Below are positions 25,334-39,000 of a DNA stretch of 64,000 nt, one piece after another. A model generated the notes under the pieces. That model was not told the origin of the DNA. It worked only from the letters and a program-made list of their open reading frames with translations, and made no database searches. The stretch spans positions 3,846,001 to 3,910,000 of the forward strand of contig MU058221.1 in NCBI GenBank assembly GCA_013265495.1. Direction: 5' to 3'. How positions within the stretch are numbered: position 1 is the stretch's first letter; every line of letters begins with the position of its first letter. This DNA is from Vicugna vicugna. Its lineage: Eukaryota. The translations under genes were made by a program, and so were the position numbers.

Positions 25334-26372
25334 AACTTACCTTTGATTGTTGCAAAACTGGCTTTCGTGGGCATCCTTCATAGGCAAAGACATATTATAT
25401 TGAGAAAGCACTACTGAGAAAGCTTTCTCTGTGTTTCATGTTCCTTGAAAACAAGGAGAGGTCTTAGAGGTCAAACCTCTTGTACACAGGAAGCTGGGTG
25501 AATGGGAAGCAATAGTTCCCTGAAAGTTCATATTTCTTTCAGGTCGGTTTCAATATCTTGATTTTTGTAGAAAGTAGAGAGAAGGTCAACTTGGACTTAA
25601 AGTAACACATTTTTTTCCTGCGATCTACCTTGCCCAATATCCTGCACTTCGACAATTATTGGACCTCAGCTAATAAAGACAGCACCTTGATCTCTTTCTG
25701 CTCCCTCTGGTGACCCTATGGATACCTTTCTCCCCTTATTTAGAACCCAGAGAGGGTGAGAAATAATGACCGTGACCCTAACGTACATGGAGTGGAACAG
25801 AGCAAGCAGAAACTCCAGAAATTAAATACCTGAAGAGAAACAGAAAAAAAAAAAAATTGATGAGTCACTTGAAATTGCCAACATCTTAGGAAAAATTGAT
25901 GGCAGGAGGAAAGATGTCTCTCGTGGACCCGGGGCAGTGAACAGAGTAGGGTTGTGATGATCCAGGAAACCTAATACATTGGCTAAAGCTGAGAGACAAA
26001 ATAAATGGAGGAAGGAAGACAAAATATGTTCCCAAAATGTGAGTCAGGAGATCCAACTCATACAAGGCAAACCAGTATTGTGCTGAAGAAAAATGACAGA
26101 TTCGGGGTGTCAGACCCATAGCTGACAAACAAGCTTCAGGGCAAGGAATCTGGAAATCCAGATAGGAAGCAGGGAACTGTATATGCACCTGACTTTGGTA
26201 AAATTTACCTGACATCCTGGAGCAGACCACTGCCCACTCCCCCCGTCACGATGTGAGCCGTTCGGTTAGAAGCAGAAGCGGGGAGTGGCAATCTCATTTG
26301 AAGTATGGAAGCCAACACTGGCCAAAATATTCTGTAGAGGTGAATAACCCTTAAAGAAAGGGTTATTCCCCT

Positions 26373-26855
26373 TGTCAACTAAAAATGCACAACCTAAAAT
26401 TGGAGAGGTAAGTGTTACTTGGTGGAGTTTCTGCAGACCCACAAGGCAGCCTCTTAGATCGCTCCAGGAGACTGTTTCTAAGAGGCAGGGGAGGAGCCAG
26501 GATGTATAGCAGTTTTACCACAAAGACAGGTAGTCGGAACATCCAAAGATTACTGTTAGTTAAAGAAAGCCAGACGTCTCAAGGTGAGGAATTCAGCGCT
26601 TCTCTGTGTGTGGGAAGATGCAAAGGTCTGCGCTCACTGAACTCCCTCCTTTGATGTGCACCTAGCTGTCTGGGGCCAGTGTCCCTTTCTTCCACATCCT
26701 GTGTCCCCTCAGGGGGCACCGTTAAGGGTGGCCGCAGAGGCCAGGCTGCCCGCTCGCCTGCATCCTGAGTGTATGGGGCAGGGGCAGTGGCCGATGACGT
26801 GATGGCCACAGCATCCTTTGTTTACTGCTATGGCTGCCAGTATTTTTCATTCACA
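26373..26855 (-). mobile_element. ERV1 solo LTR, artiodactyl MER41-like, complete
   Basis: TG...CA termini and exact 4-bp TSD CCCT (26369-26372, 26856-26859); internal GGTAGTCGGAACATC-AAAGATTACTG and GGGAAGATGCAA-GTCTG motifs; orientation inferred from the recalled consensus. Confidence 0.88.
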
Positions 26856-28919
26856 CCCTCAATAATTTATCTCTGTGAATATAGCCCAAGAAAAGTTACT
26901 ATATTTTGCTCTCAATGTCTGACCTTATGTTCTAACTGTAAAGGAGTGTGTCCTATGTATTTATTTCAAAATAATCTCTGCCTCAACTTAAAGCAACATA
27001 GTGTTAGAGCTGAAAAGAGACTTCGAGATAGTCTATTAAAACCAGCTCATTTTAGACATGAAAAGTATCCAGGTAATTTAATGCAACGTCCAGAATTCCC
27101 AGCATGCACGGAATACACAGCCAGTGTCTGAACGCTTATTGACTCGGGTTAACGTGTCTCTAGTAGACTTCAAGAAAGCAAATCCAAGTTCAGTAGTGAG
27201 TACGAAAAACGTAATGGAAAAGGAGAACATGCCTGGGGGATCTTCGGAGAATATATTTCCTTCACTTTATACTTATTAAATCGCCAGGGTGAGTGGTGAC
27301 CCTGCCACTTATATGAGGAAGTTCGAAATCAGCATGTTGACTAAGCTTGGGTACAAAACATTCTGATCAAAACAAAATAAAGTTTAAAATGTGGAAAAAG
27401 AAGTCAGGTAGCAGATTAATATTGGCGTTGTGCATCACAAGTCACTTTAAAATATGTTTAAATCATTCAAGCAGCAGAACACAGTTTTCAACTGGAAGCC
27501 ATTCAATGTGAGTAACTGAGATACCACTGTGCTCATAATGAGAGTTTTTGAGTAGATCTGTTTATCTTTGATACTTTGCATATCCATAATACATTTGAAT
27601 TAACATTTGAATAATGGGTGCTTGTCTGAAGTAACTTACCTGTCAGAGCCATGACGCTGGAATGGAGATTATTTATTATGGGAATCCAGCCTTGGATTGA
27701 TTTTGTATGATAAAATTTAATGGAAATTGCATCAGATTTTGAGTCAGGGAATTCAGTTGCACGTTACAGGTACTTCATTTTTTATTCTGTGAGAACTGAG
27801 TATAGAAACATGTTTCCTCTCTAGAGGTTTTCTAATAAATAAAATTAATTATTATCTCTATGGTGACTTTGTAAAAACTATGAATTATTGTACAAACATT
27901 AAGTGATCACCCACTCTTTGCAGCATGGATTCCTCAGACCTAGGTATAAAATACTAAATATAATCTCTGCCCTTAAGAAACTTTACTTTCAGTGACTGCT
28001 GAGTAAAATGACATTTATAATACCACGGGTGATATGACGGAGCTTCAAAGAGGGGCCTCTGAATACAATTTTAAAGGTATAGGAATTTCGGTAGAAGTGA
28101 CGATTGCACTTAAGGGCAACGTCAATGAAGATACTAGCTAAGTGAAAAAGGAGAGCATTCCGTGAGGAAAGGTAATGAAAGGGAAGGGCCAGCTAGAGCT
28201 GAAAGCCAAAGGGAGGTTTCTGTGTCCGCTTGAGCTTGCGTATCTCGTATGTGTTGCTTTGCCTCCTTTCAGTGGTCCCTTGTGGGCCTTTCCATGCTTT
28301 CGCAGTGCTTATCATATTCTGGGTTTAAGTTTTCTAGTCGGAACTCTTAGGGAGTCATCTAGTCCTTAAGTGTTTCTCCTCCAGTACGCGGTCCTTCGTT
28401 TGTCTTACACCTTTTCACTGTCATATCCACGCTTAGCAGAGGCATTCGGAGGCTGCTGGGCTGGCTGTGTCACTCTTCCCTCTGTGTTCCACACGCCAGT
28501 TACTTACATTTCTGTGTCACGGTCACAACCACAGCGCTCGCCATTCTCTTGGAGCTACATTCCTTCTTAGAGTCTGAGGAGGTCTGTGTGTGTCTGTTTA
28601 GATGTTGGAGGTCCATTGTCCTGAAGCCTAGATATTTATCTGCATTAAATCCAATTGAAAACATGTTATGGGCTGGGATAGGACAGGACCACTTTTTTCA
28701 AGTCTGGACATTGCTGAAGTGTTCTTGCTAGTCAGTAAGACTCAGAATGAAGCCCCTTTCTCCATGTAATTCTTCTAAGGGATTGTCCCCCGTGCCAGGG
28801 CAAGGAATGCTTTACTAGATTGTCTGCTTTTAATCAAAGGAGACTTCTGGTTTGAAGGATGTTTCAGATCTTGACATCTTTCCCCTTTATTCTTAACACC
28901 TAAGTTTTGTCAGTCTTTG

Positions 28920-29513
28920 TGTATTGGTCAGGATGCTTGGGAGAAAATGAGATGGAAGAAAGAGAGAGGGAGAGAGAAAAAAAGAAGGAAAGAGAGAAAG
29001 AAAGAGAAAGAAAAGAAGGAAGAAAGGGAGGGAGAGAGAGAGAAAGAAAGAGAGAGAGAAAGAAAAGAGAGAGAAGGAGAGAAAGAGAGAAAGAGATTTG
29101 CTATAGGAATGGATTCACATGATTATGGGAGCAAAAAGTCCCATGATCTGCTGTCTATAAGCTGGAGAATCAGTGACGTCATTCAGTCCAAAAGGGAAGT
29201 TCTGAGAATCAGGGGGCCAGTCTGAGTCTGAACGCCCAGGACCCAGGAGTGCCATCCAAGCGCAGAAGATGCGAATCACAGCTGAAGCAGAGAGAGTGAA
29301 GCTGCCCCTCTTCCACCTTCTATCCAGGCCCTCAGCACATTGGGTGATGCCCACCCTCTTTGATGAGCGCAGTCATCTTTATGAAGTCTGTGGATTCAAA
29401 CAAATGCTCATCTTTTCTGGAGACACCCTGGCAGACACACCAAGAAATATTTCACCAGCCTTCCGGGCATGCCCAAGTCCAGTTAAAGTTGACACATCAA
29501 ATTACCTGTCACG
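28920..29513 (-). mobile_element. ERVL solo LTR, MLT2B-like, with expanded internal GA repeat
   Basis: TGTATTGGTCAGG... to ...AAGTTGACACATCAAATTACCTGTCAC; 5-bp near-TSD CTTTG/CTCTG. Confidence 0.88.
28957..29096. repeat. GA-rich microsatellite inside the MLT2 LTR
   Basis: Essentially pure purine run; accounts for the E/R/K-rich ORFs 28907-29122 and 28917-29225. Confidence 0.95.
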
Positions 29514-29544
29514 CTCTGTGAGAAGGAATAGAACAGAGAGATTC

Positions 29545-29715
29545 AGTGCATCAAAAATTTGGAGTCAGAGAGACCTGGTTCTAGTTCTAGGTTTTGTCAT
29601 TTCTTAGCTGTGTCATGTAAAAAAAAAAAAAGTTACTTCCTCTCAGTTTACTGATTGTGAAATAGAAGTAATAATAGTGCTTATCTACAAACGGCTGGAA
29701 GAGATTCACTCACAT
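29545..29715 (+). mobile_element. MIR SINE
   Basis: TTTGGAGTCAGAGAGACCTGGTTCTAG...TAGCTGTGT...CTCAGTTT...GTGAAATAGAAGTAATAATAGT. Confidence 0.75.
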
Positions 29716-29739
29716 CGCCTGGCAATGTTGTTATAATAA

Positions 29740-29940
29740 TTAGGTACTTTGTATAATTATCATATTTACTCTTCATAATAGCTACATAAGTTGGGTGTTA
29801 CATCTTTCTCGTTTTACATAGTAGGAAATTAATTTTCAAAGAGTGCAGGCAGCTTGTAAATATTTAGTGTGAGTTAGTAGAAGCCCGAGAATTACATTTC
29901 AGTTCTATTTCAGTTTAATTTCTAGGTCCATGTATTTCCT
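29740..29940 (-). mobile_element. MIR SINE, opposite orientation to the adjacent MIR
   Basis: CATATTTACTCTTCATAATAGC...CGTTTTACATAGTAGGAAATT. Confidence 0.45.
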
Positions 29941-32900
29941 ATTATAAATTCATCAAAGAAGCCTGCAGGAAAATATAGTTGTTCCTCTAAAGCGAATTAA
30001 TACTTAAATATGAAAATTCAAGCGCCAGTAATAGATGAGTGGCTAAGAATTCCGTCTGGTGTTTCTTAGAATGCTAGCGTAAGGGTGTGCCTGGTGGAAC
30101 CTGATGCGGCAGGCGTTTCCCAGAGGTAATGTTAGCATCCACCTTCCCCCGTATCTTCCCCTAAGATTCTGCTCTCTGAGGCCGATCAATCTGATAATCA
30201 TTTCCATCAATATGATTCATAAATGAATTCCGTGCCCTTATAAGCTATTATTTTTACACAATGCTGGTGTTATTAAAAAAAAAAAAAACATGAGCTACTG
30301 GTAAGATCAGGGTTTATGTAAGTCACAGACAGAGGGCATTTGGGAAGGACCCCTTTTAAATCATACTATGTAGGCACCAACATTTTCTTTTTATACATAA
30401 GAGTGACTCAGAGCAGAAGATTTGGCATTATTAATGAAGAATTGCATGAGTAGTGTTGACTCTCATCAGGTAATCTACCACAGTTTAAAACATGGCTGTA
30501 TGCAATTTAAATTACAAATGTAAGTTACAGGTTTTGTGACAAACAGAGTGAGGACTTGGTTAGGGATCCAAGCAAGTTGGTTTTGTTTGAGTCTCTGGTC
30601 TGTTATCAACTCTCTACTGAAGTTTAGGCAAATCACTTTTCTCTGAAAATAAGTTTACTGTCAAGGCAGGAGCCCAGGTGTTCTTAATCTTTTTCAGTAA
30701 AAGATATTCCATTATTTGCCAAGAACAATATCCTCTAATCTTCCCCCACTTTATTGTAATTTCTAATTTTATTTCATTCCTGCCTTAAAGATTCCCATTA
30801 GTAGCAAAAAAAACCCAAAAAACAAAAAACAAAAAAACCACACAAGTAACCATTTCTATATCATCTTTCTTCTGTCTTGAAATGCAGTATTAAGTCACCT
30901 TCTCAACCTCAGAAATCACCTGTTTCTTCTCAGAAACAAGGAACAGAGTATGTAAAATTTATTGTCAGATTCAAAAACCAAACTAATCCTGCTTAAGGAA
31001 TATTTTACCACGTTATAAGTCAGCACCAAATATTACATAATGATATTTACATATAGAAGAAAAACAGATAATAAGATAATCTTATTTTTAAAAAGTCCTC
31101 TGTAACAACATTAAGCACCTGAATAGTGAGTTTCCTGGTATATATTCTTCTATCTAAAGAATAGCTTCCAAAGTTGCTAAAATGTGATTTTCCTGTATCA
31201 AAGACATCACAGACAGTGCTGTTTTCATTTTCTTTGAATGAGTCTATTATTCTGGAAAAATCCGTAAGCTAACAGGAATTGCTCATCAGATCCTTCAATT
31301 TCATTTTCCCCGCAGCACAGCCGGGGGTAAAAGGGTTTTTAAATAAAAACTTTCTTTGCATTCTCCTTACTAGTTGAAGACATTCAAAATAATTTCTTTA
31401 AGAATTGCGGTAGAAACTTCATTCAGTTGATTTCAGCATTTCAGACGGGACTGAGTTTGCCAGCCACCAGATAAACTATCCATGGAGTTTTAACAACAGT
31501 CCAAAGACGCCAATTTCTAGGGAAGATTTTTTTCAGTCTAGATTTTTAGTATGTGATATCGCTTACGATATTCATTCCCCTTCTTAACATTGCTCAAAGT
31601 GACTTTTCCTTTTCTCACAATAAAACAAAATCAAATAGTCATATATGTTAGTTCTAGGAGAGACGCACATCCCCAGGGGTAAAGGTCACCAGTCTCAAGG
31701 TCACAGAGTGAACTTGCTTTTTAGTCATGGCTCTGACTCCAGTGAAGATACTCAGATGCCTGTGTTGGGGTGAGATCCTCATTTTCAGAAGCTTTTGCAT
31801 TCATTAGTGTCAACTGACCTACAACCATCAAGCAGACTCGACTAATTTAGAATGTTTTCAAGAAAGGTCATACCACCAAGATATTTTCTTATAAACCCTT
31901 AGATCTCTGGTGAATTAAACTCAAGGAAAGCCTCCCGTTGCCCTGTTTTGGCGAGTCGAAACTTTTTCTGACCTATAATATAGAAGTTTGACTTCTGTCT
32001 TCTGTTGAAAGAAATGCCTTTATGCTCACAAAGTTAGAAGTCTTTCTCAGACTCCCAGTGGATTCTGAGAGCAGTTCCTGTTTGAATTCTTCATAAACGC
32101 AGTGGGCCGAAGAGCGTATGTTCATGAATTCTTCATTGTTTTTAGCTGTACCTTAAATAATAAGATAACTTGGGTTTCCTGAATTTTGGTTTCTAAACAT
32201 AAGGCCCCCCTTTTTCTTTTTCATTGTAAAACAGCTTTGAAAAGATTGAAATAAAATTTTTTTTCTCCTAGTATTCATCTGGAATTACCTGTGAGTTAAG
32301 AGTATCCAGTTTAAACTGATAAAATGAGAGCAAAAAATTTTTAAATCAGATTGAATTTTAGGTCTGTGACAGGTGTTCTAGAAATGGCCCGTGGCAGGTG
32401 TTCCAAAACTGCTTCCTGTGTTCAACCAGGGGAATGAGCTACACCTTCACACAGCTTATGGGGGGTTAACCCATTTCTATGCATATAGTTATCATGTGAG
32501 GTAATAGTAGACGTTGATATTGGAAGCTGAACAGATTTTGTTCTTTCAGACCTCAGACTTCCCGTTAGACTACAGCAAAATGAGTATTTGTATTTTCTTA
32601 TATGTGCATCTATAAAATTATGCTAAGAACATTGATTTTTCTTGTTGTATTTCGATTTTAGGAGTAAAGTTGTGTATAATGGAATGAGTATTTGATATAC
32701 AAGAATTAATTATAATCAGCTCTCCCAAAATTTGTAGTAAAGAGCAAGATATTACTAAAACTTTATCCTGTTATATGTCAAGTGAATAAATGATTAACTT
32801 CACATGTGTTTAACGAGGAGTAAATGAAAAAAACTTAAAATGCCTAGATCAATAGTCAATGTCTGATGTATATGTGCATGCATGTGCATGTCTGCCTGTA

Positions 32901-33473
32901 TTTATATATATGCGTTTGTTCAAAATATATTATAAATATTATAATACACATGTATTACATGCAGTGTATATGTATGCTGAATAATACACATGCACGTACA
33001 TAAATGTGCATTTATACATGCAAACACATACAGGAATGCTATATGGAAGAAGGATCTTTAGGAACTACAAAGAGCTCTTTGAAGTTGAAATGTTAAGAAA
33101 ATTATTTGAGCAATATTAAAAGAGAAAAAAGGTAATTTAAGGATGATTAAAGGAGAAGAAATTCATTATCTGACAATATTAAAAAATTTTAGGAGATGCA
33201 AAAGAATGCCAGTGTCATTTATTCAGTTAACATATACAGTTTGCTAATTATTCACTGAAAATAAAATTCCTTTTATGGCTTCTACTAAGCAAATGGTTCA
33301 AGGTGAAGCTTATGAAGGATTTGGTTATTACTGCTGTCCTCTGTTAAATCCTGCAGTGACAAATTAACAAATGGTCAAGGGTCAACTCAGCTTCACCCAT
33401 TAGTCTCGTAATCTCTGCTAAAACCGTCCCCCTTTATCCCTTTGTATATCTGTTATTGAATGCATTTAGACTC

Positions 33474-33478
33474 AAAAA

Positions 33479-33538
<60 letters not shown>

Positions 33539-33542
33539 AAAG

Positions 33543-33584
<42 letters not shown>

Positions 33585-33658
33585 GAAGAAAGGAAGAAAG
33601 GAAGAAAGAAAAGAAAGAAAGAAAGGAAGAAAGAAAGAAAGAAAGAAAGAAAGAGAAG
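33474..33658. repeat. (GAAA)n tetranucleotide microsatellite
   Basis: About 180 bp of GAAA/GGAA units after an A run; accounts for the ORFs between 33434 and 33858. Confidence 0.98.
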
Positions 33659-34165
33659 CAGTGCAGGTGTTGGCCTCCGTTCACCCAGCATGTGAGCATG
33701 TCTCGGAGCACTGGAACTGCCGCTGCTTCTGGCTATCTGGTCTATCACCTGTGCTAACAATGACTTGTCTCCCCAAAAACATTTTTGTTGGGATGGTGGT
33801 GATATTATTCAAGTTCCCTATAATTCTCTGGGTGTATGTTGCTCAAACTATGAAATAATTATAATTTATTTGCCAAATGTTTTGTTGAGAACAATATATT
33901 TTAAAATAGCTTGAAAAAGCACCTCTCATACTGTTACACACCGTAGCAGGCAAGGCTTCGTGGTTTTTTTTGGCTGTGACGTGTTCCACTGTACCGTAAT
34001 TTTCTTAGCTTAAGGATGCCCTCATTTTTATTGAATAGAGTCACCTTAACCATTCAAAAATATTTTTTCAATATTTTTCAATTCGTGGAGGTTATTTTTA
34101 CTAAATGTAGAGAGAAAGAGTTGTTACTAAATACAACTTCAAATTTAGTCAAACATGGAATCTTT

Positions 34166-34740
34166 CTCTGTCTGACTTACCCAGTATGGTAATCTCTACA
34201 TCCACATTGCTGCAAATGGCATTATTTCATTCTTTTTTATGCTAATATTCCATTGTGTATACATATATTACATCTTCTTTATCCAGTCATCTGTTGATGG
34301 ACACTTAGGCTGTCTCCATGTCTTGGCTATTGTATATAGTGCTGCTGTGAACACTGGAGTACATATGTCTTTTCAAAGTATAGTTACATATCGTACGATA
34401 TCACTTACATGTAGAATCTAAAAAAATGATACAAATTCTATTTACCAAACCAAACGCAGACTCATGGACATAGAGAACAAACTATGGTTACCAAAGGGGA
34501 AAAGGGGAGGAGGGGTAATTTAGGGGTTGGGGATTAACAGGTATACATTATTATACATTAAATAGATGAACAATAAGGACCTACTGTAGAGCACAGAGAA
34601 AGATATTCAGTTTCTTGTAATAACATATAATGGAAAAGAATCTGAAAAGAAAAAATATATATGTATGTATGTGTATAACTGAATCACTTTGCGGTACACC
34701 TGAAACTAACTTGTAACTCAATTATACTTCAATTAAAAAA
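34166..34740 (+). mobile_element. 5'-inverted (twin-primed) LINE-1 with 15-bp TSD
   Basis: 34166-34385 is antisense ORF2 end and 34386-34740 is sense 3' UTR with A tail; TSD AAA(C/T)ATGGAATCTTT at 34151-34165 and 34741-34755. Confidence 0.93.
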
Positions 34741-34959
34741 AAATATGGAATCTTTGTGGTAACAAAAATATAATCAAAAAAACTTTCACTGCTTTCTTCT
34801 AGCCTCTGCCTGCAGAGTGTTTGGGGCCTTTAAGACATCGCAGTTTTAGACATGAGTCCTCTACATGGTCTCCTATGTTACTACTGCTTAATTAATTAGC
34901 TTTTAAATCTCTGTAGTTTGGGCAAAAACACAGGGAACAAACTTTCAAATTACTGATTA

Positions 34960-35520
34960 CAAAATGTGATGTACACACATATGTGTGTGTGTACACATTC
35001 AGACAGACATTTGTACATACACACATTGGAATATTTTTCATCCCCTAGAAGAAGGAAACCCTGCCATTTGCAACTGTATGGATGAACCTGGAAGAGATTA
35101 TGCTAAGTGAAATTAGCCAGAAACAGAAAGACAGGTACATGGTCTCACCATGTGTGGAATCTAGAAAGATAAAATCTAAGCAGAGAGTAGACTCTGGTTG
35201 CCAGGGACAAGAGAGGATGGAAAATAGGGAGATATTGGTCAAAGTTTACAAAGTTTCAATTATGCAGGATGAAAAAGTTGTGAAGCCTTTATGGTGATTA
35301 TATGTAATAATATTGTACTGTATACTTGAAATTTTTCAAGACAGTAGATCTGAAGTATTCTCACAGAAAAAAATTAACAGTATTGTGTGCAATGATGAGT
35401 ATGTTAATTAGCTTGATTGTGGTAGTCATTTTCAAATGTATATGTGTATCAAAGCGCTGTTTCATGCCTTAGATATACACAATTTCCCTTTGCCGATTAC
35501 ACCTCAGTGAAGTTGGAAAA
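34960..35520 (+). mobile_element. LINE-1 3' end (L1MA9/10-like)
   Basis: GCCATTTGCAACTGTATGGATGAACCTGGA...ATGCTAAGTGAAATTAGCCAG...ATGTTAATTAGCTTGATTGTGG. Confidence 0.9.
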
Positions 35521-36036
35521 ATGCAATTCAGTCCACAGGAAAAAAAAACCACAATTGACTACGTTATGTTAATAAGATTGGTCCATTCTGATTTTCCTGA
35601 GATAAATTCTGTTGATAGCTGACATAAGATTTCTTACTATGTTAGATTCTGTTTTTATGGACAGGTTTTTAAGCATAAACGTGTTATATCCTCCTTGCAA
35701 CACTGCTATGAATTTTGGCTTGGGGATGCGAGTCAAGCGTGGGCTGATTTCTCCTTCTCCTGCCAAAGTCTTTTACAACTAAGGACCAACCACTGTTTCC
35801 TACTGAGCATAATAGGGGTTTTTTTCCTTCTTATTTTTCTCTTTATCATTAATTCTCAAGGTTAACATAGTTTGGTTTTTTGATTAATTGTGTTCATAGA
35901 ATAAAACACAGTGTAATTCTCTGGTATGTTACCACCAAGAAAAATCTAACCCAGAGTCCTCTGCCATTATTCTTTTGGAATTTATCTCATTGCAAATTGA
36001 AAGCCTTGTCTCCCTGACACTGAATAGGCTGAATGC

Positions 36037-36039
<3 letters not shown>

Positions 36040-36073
<34 letters not shown>
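36040..36073. repeat. (CA)n dinucleotide microsatellite, about 17 units
   Basis: Perfect AC repeat. Confidence 0.97.
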
Positions 36074-36076
<3 letters not shown>

Positions 36077-39000
36077 TGAGGAAGTCATTGAACCGGTAAA
36101 AGCTGTATATTGGGAAGTTCCACTGAATTTGTTTATTCAAAACGTCTAAATTCAGGAAAGTTATCAGAACTCTATTAAATTCTGCAAGACCCTACATTTG
36201 CCCACCATAAGGAATTTAGGGAACAGCAGAGGAGACTTTCATAAGCTTCAGTCTCCAAACGGCCACAAGCACAGCCTCATTCCATGTCAAGTTTCAGGAA
36301 CATGGTGTCCCCTCAGCAAACATCTGGTGTTTGCTGGACCGCGCTAGGCAAGCTTGCAGCGCTTTGTATATAAATCATCGCGTTAGTCCCTGTGTGCTCC
36401 TGGGGAGGTAGACAGAAATGATCAACACTGTTTAACAAAGGGGTCACACATCTCTGTACAGGGCAGCAGCTTGTAGGGACGAAAGTGAGCATCTTAGGGT
36501 GTAGTTAGGAAGAAGTAATCACACGAGTATGTGAACTTCTGCATCTACAGCATTTAAGAAGCAAAGGTGGAGTTCGAGAAGTTTAACTAATGCTTTTGAA
36601 TTTATATATCAAAGTAGATAATATTGGGGTTTTTTTGTGTCTTAATAAATATCCAGATACTTTCTCTACATACTAGAAAAAGTGGTGAAGTTCCCATCCA
36701 TACAACACAAATGACGAAGTACTTCCGTGTACATGTAGACATACTTTTATCATCGAGTAGCCAAATCTTACTGCCCGAGTTCAAGAAAGCATCCAAAGCG
36801 ATGGGATTAATAACACAACTAATTAAATAGTCTTTAAACAATGACTTGGTTTCATTCATTAAAGTTGACACTTAAAATAAGTCATTGCTCCCGCCTTCTA
36901 AGTGTTCTCTTTCCCATCAGAGAGAATGTAAAAAATTTACTTCTAGTAAGAGCTACTTACTTAATTGATAAATGAATGACCAACAAAAATTTTGGTTCAT
37001 CTTTTGGCTCATATGTTTTGAGGCAAGGGTAGCTGGTGGCAGTGGGATGAGTGCAACTGGACGTGGTAAAGCTGAAGTTGCTATGCAACGTGCAAGTAGT
37101 CTCCAGAGGCACATGAATAGATACGTCTTTGGCATCAATCTCAACCAAGTGAGGAAGGGTCAGTTTTCAAGCCAGCAATTTGAGACAGGGGTCCATACCC
37201 TAATTCCCGTACATCGTAGCAGGATATATTTCTTCATTAGATCAAAATTTTTAAGTTAATAACAAGACAATGAGACAGAAGTTGCTTTTATTAGAGCCCC
37301 TATTTTTAGAGTGTAATGGAGTCGTGTGTACTCTTCTGGAGAGAGCAACGGAATAAAGAAATTCAATTACTCGGTAATACAAATCAGGCTACAAAACAAA
37401 TGGGCTTCTGTTTCAGTTTTAAAGAATTTAACTCTTGTTAAGCAAACTTGATTATAAAGTATCATGTGTCGATAAGTAGAAAAGTACTTGACAATTTTGC
37501 ACTGGCCAAAAGCCAGCAAATTCATAGATAATATACTGTGGTCAAGAACAAACACATATTGATATAATAGTTTTAGGCAATTTTAAATACTAAATAGATT
37601 GTAATTCAAGTCTACCAATATTTTTGAAAAATTATGAACTTGAATGGTATACATTGAGGCAATGGATAAACTCAGATATCATTTTAACAATATTCAGACT
37701 AGACATTGAAACAGCTTATAAATATTAGAACATTTAATAGAATACAGTGATGACCAAGAACTAACATTACTAACCCCAAATAAATATGCACCTATTTCTA
37801 TATGATGGCAGTCCCAAATTCTGTCATCTCAACAGAATTGGTTAGTCCCTGACAACATAGAGAGAAATTTCCAGGGACAAGATAAAGCATTCTTTTCTGA
37901 ATGATGCTTTGAAACTCATTCAGTTGGTAAAGAAAAAAAAAAACATGATTTTTCCAATTTACAGGTAAAAATTTTTTTAACGTATGCAAAAAATATTTAA
38001 TGATTTAACCTGTATCCAAAAGAGAACTGGGGAGACTGAAATGTTGTAACTGCTCATCTCCCAAAGCATTCTTCCCCTGAGAATCTCACCAGTAATGAGG
38101 ATGGACCACGGACGCTGTGTGAGTCTAACGTGGCCTTTCTCTCTGGCCACAGTGGTTTAAAGCAGGACTGGACAGTGCATTTTTGCGTGTAGCAGTGAAA
38201 AAAATTAAGGTTTAGTGAAGAGCTGAGGGTTGAGCAATTTCTAGAAAATAAGTCAGTGGAAGCTCAGAGAAAGCAAATTTCCATGTAGCAAAGACCTGAC
38301 AATATGTATTTAGAAATAAAATAAAAGTCAAACCACAGTTTATCTCCTAATTTTCCAGCGACATTCTTTCAGACACACTTAGTAGCATAGAGAGGGCATT
38401 GATAAGCTGCTGGGAACAGGGATCAGCATGCAGCCAATTTTGACAGAAATCATGCAGTTTTTTCCGGAGAACTGGAACAAGGTACCATTTAGGACCGACG
38501 TCAGCACTGGCGCATCTCAGGGATGTGGAGGGCGTGGAGGCATGTGATAAACATCCAAGGTATCGGAGTCAAATGCCAGTCAGTGGGTGATTTCTGTAAT
38601 AGGTTTTACCTAATTCCACACTTCCTAACCTTCTGTAAAGGATTTTGTCTTACAAACTGAGCAGCTTTTCACAGGGGGGACGTGCCCGTTGATGGCGGCC
38701 CATTGATGGTGGTTCTCTGGTCCTGCTGAAAGTTCACTGCTCAGTACACTCCAATGAATTCCAATTTTATGCATCTACTGCTTTACCCTGGTTTAGTATC
38801 CTAGCGACTTACCAAATCTGGGAAACTAGCAAAACTGAATCTTTGAGCCTGCAGGACTGTAAGAAAGGGTGAGTTTAGGTTCGTAATGAAGGAAACACTG
38901 CTCTGTCTGGGAGGCTTCCCGAGATGACACCTCCTCATTTTATCGCGCGTGATCTTCAGCCTTTTCTAACAGACCTGTGAGCAGAGGATGAACACCTGGC

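Noticed and set aside
7046..27641. Three perfect minus-strand AG|GTAAGT donors (near 7050, 25340, 27640) suggesting exons
   Set aside because: The candidate exons at about 7052-7185 and 25340-25443 have stops in all three frames, and this number of 8-mers is close to chance expectation.
33434..33858. K/E/R-rich and F/S/L-rich ORFs (also 15641-16063 and 28907-29225)
   Set aside because: They are translations of microsatellites.
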